A stretch of 64,000 bases of DNA. Source: Lytechinus pictus (taxonomy: Eukaryota). Made by a program: the position numbers and the translations under genes. Shown here one piece after another: positions 63,396 to 64,000 of this stretch. Each line of letters starts with the position of its first letter. Within the stretch, counting starts at the first letter, position 1. Below the pieces are notes generated by a model that worked only from the letters and a program-made list of their open reading frames with translations, was not told where the DNA came from and made no database searches. The stretch covers positions 32,862,001 to 32,926,000 of the forward strand of contig NC_087245.1 in assembly GCF_037042905.1 (NCBI RefSeq). Reading direction: 5' to 3'.

Positions 63396-64000
63396 CGTGC
63401 AATTGATTGCTTTCGTATTATTGGGGATGTAAATTTCAAAAGTAAGACTCCGAAAATCGTACAAGGTGACATTATTCTTTAAAAAAATGTTTTTCTGATA
63501 CCCAAACAATTCGAACATCTTTCGAGACATTGGCTATGCCAGATCCTCCACATATTCAATGATAAATTGATCTCCTCGTTAGAATAATCTAATACGATTT
63601 TTTTTTCGCACGCATACACAATTTAACAAGTCACTGATTGCTTCAAATTCGTCATTATAGTATAACTAAATCGAATACTTCCCACATCAGTCCATAAAAT
63701 GTAACGAGTTTATTTGCTAATTACCGACTGATTACCGATTGATTGTATTATTGCAATATTGTTCATGTTTGACTGTGGTTAGGATGTTTTCTTTAAGGAG
63801 GGCGGAGATGGTGATAATAAGATCAGAACCACTCCGACTGCAGACTTGCACAGGAAATTTAGAGGAAAGGGAGGCGGGACATAAATTGGACATAATGGAG
63901 ACCTGAGATTATTTTTAGAAGATACAACAGAACGCATGTAAACCACTCGCGCTTTACAAGTACCTATTGATGGCTTTCATATACAGTGGTGCTAGTTAGT

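Noticed and set aside
1..64000. Autonomous transposon, retroelement or viral ORFs
   Set aside because: No long ORF or transposase/RT/integrase motif recognised; all mobile elements seen are short and non-autonomous.

Overview
AT-rich, intron-rich animal genomic DNA. The repeat content and the two genes suggest a sea urchin/echinoderm, which is inference only. Two spliced genes converge tail-to-tail. (1) On +, the last five coding exons (2913-9747) of a CD38/BST1-family ADP-ribosyl cyclase, with a C-terminal GPI-type hydrophobic tail and a non-canonical active-site signature (VLEETF). Its 5' exons were not found and probably lie left of the window. (2) On -, an apparently complete Na+-coupled bicarbonate transporter of the SLC4A7/8/10 type. 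It has 21 well-supported exons from 45794 to 17112, all GT-AG and in frame. There is also a probable first exon at 47791-47907 and an alternative terminal exon (15854-15971) that supplies a class I PDZ ligand (DTRF). Predicted length is about 1178 or 1200 aa, depending on the 3' end. Introns and intergenic DNA hold many non-autonomous DNA transposons (Kolobok-, hAT-, Sola-, Harbinger- and Tc1/mariner-like, several with visible target-site duplications), two tRNA-derived SINEs, a 40-41 bp minisatellite and a ~580 bp tandem duplication. I found no evidence of a wholly new system such as a CRISPR array, autonomous transposon or viral element. The best leads are isoform switching at both ends of the SLC4 gene and the altered catalytic pocket of the cyclase.
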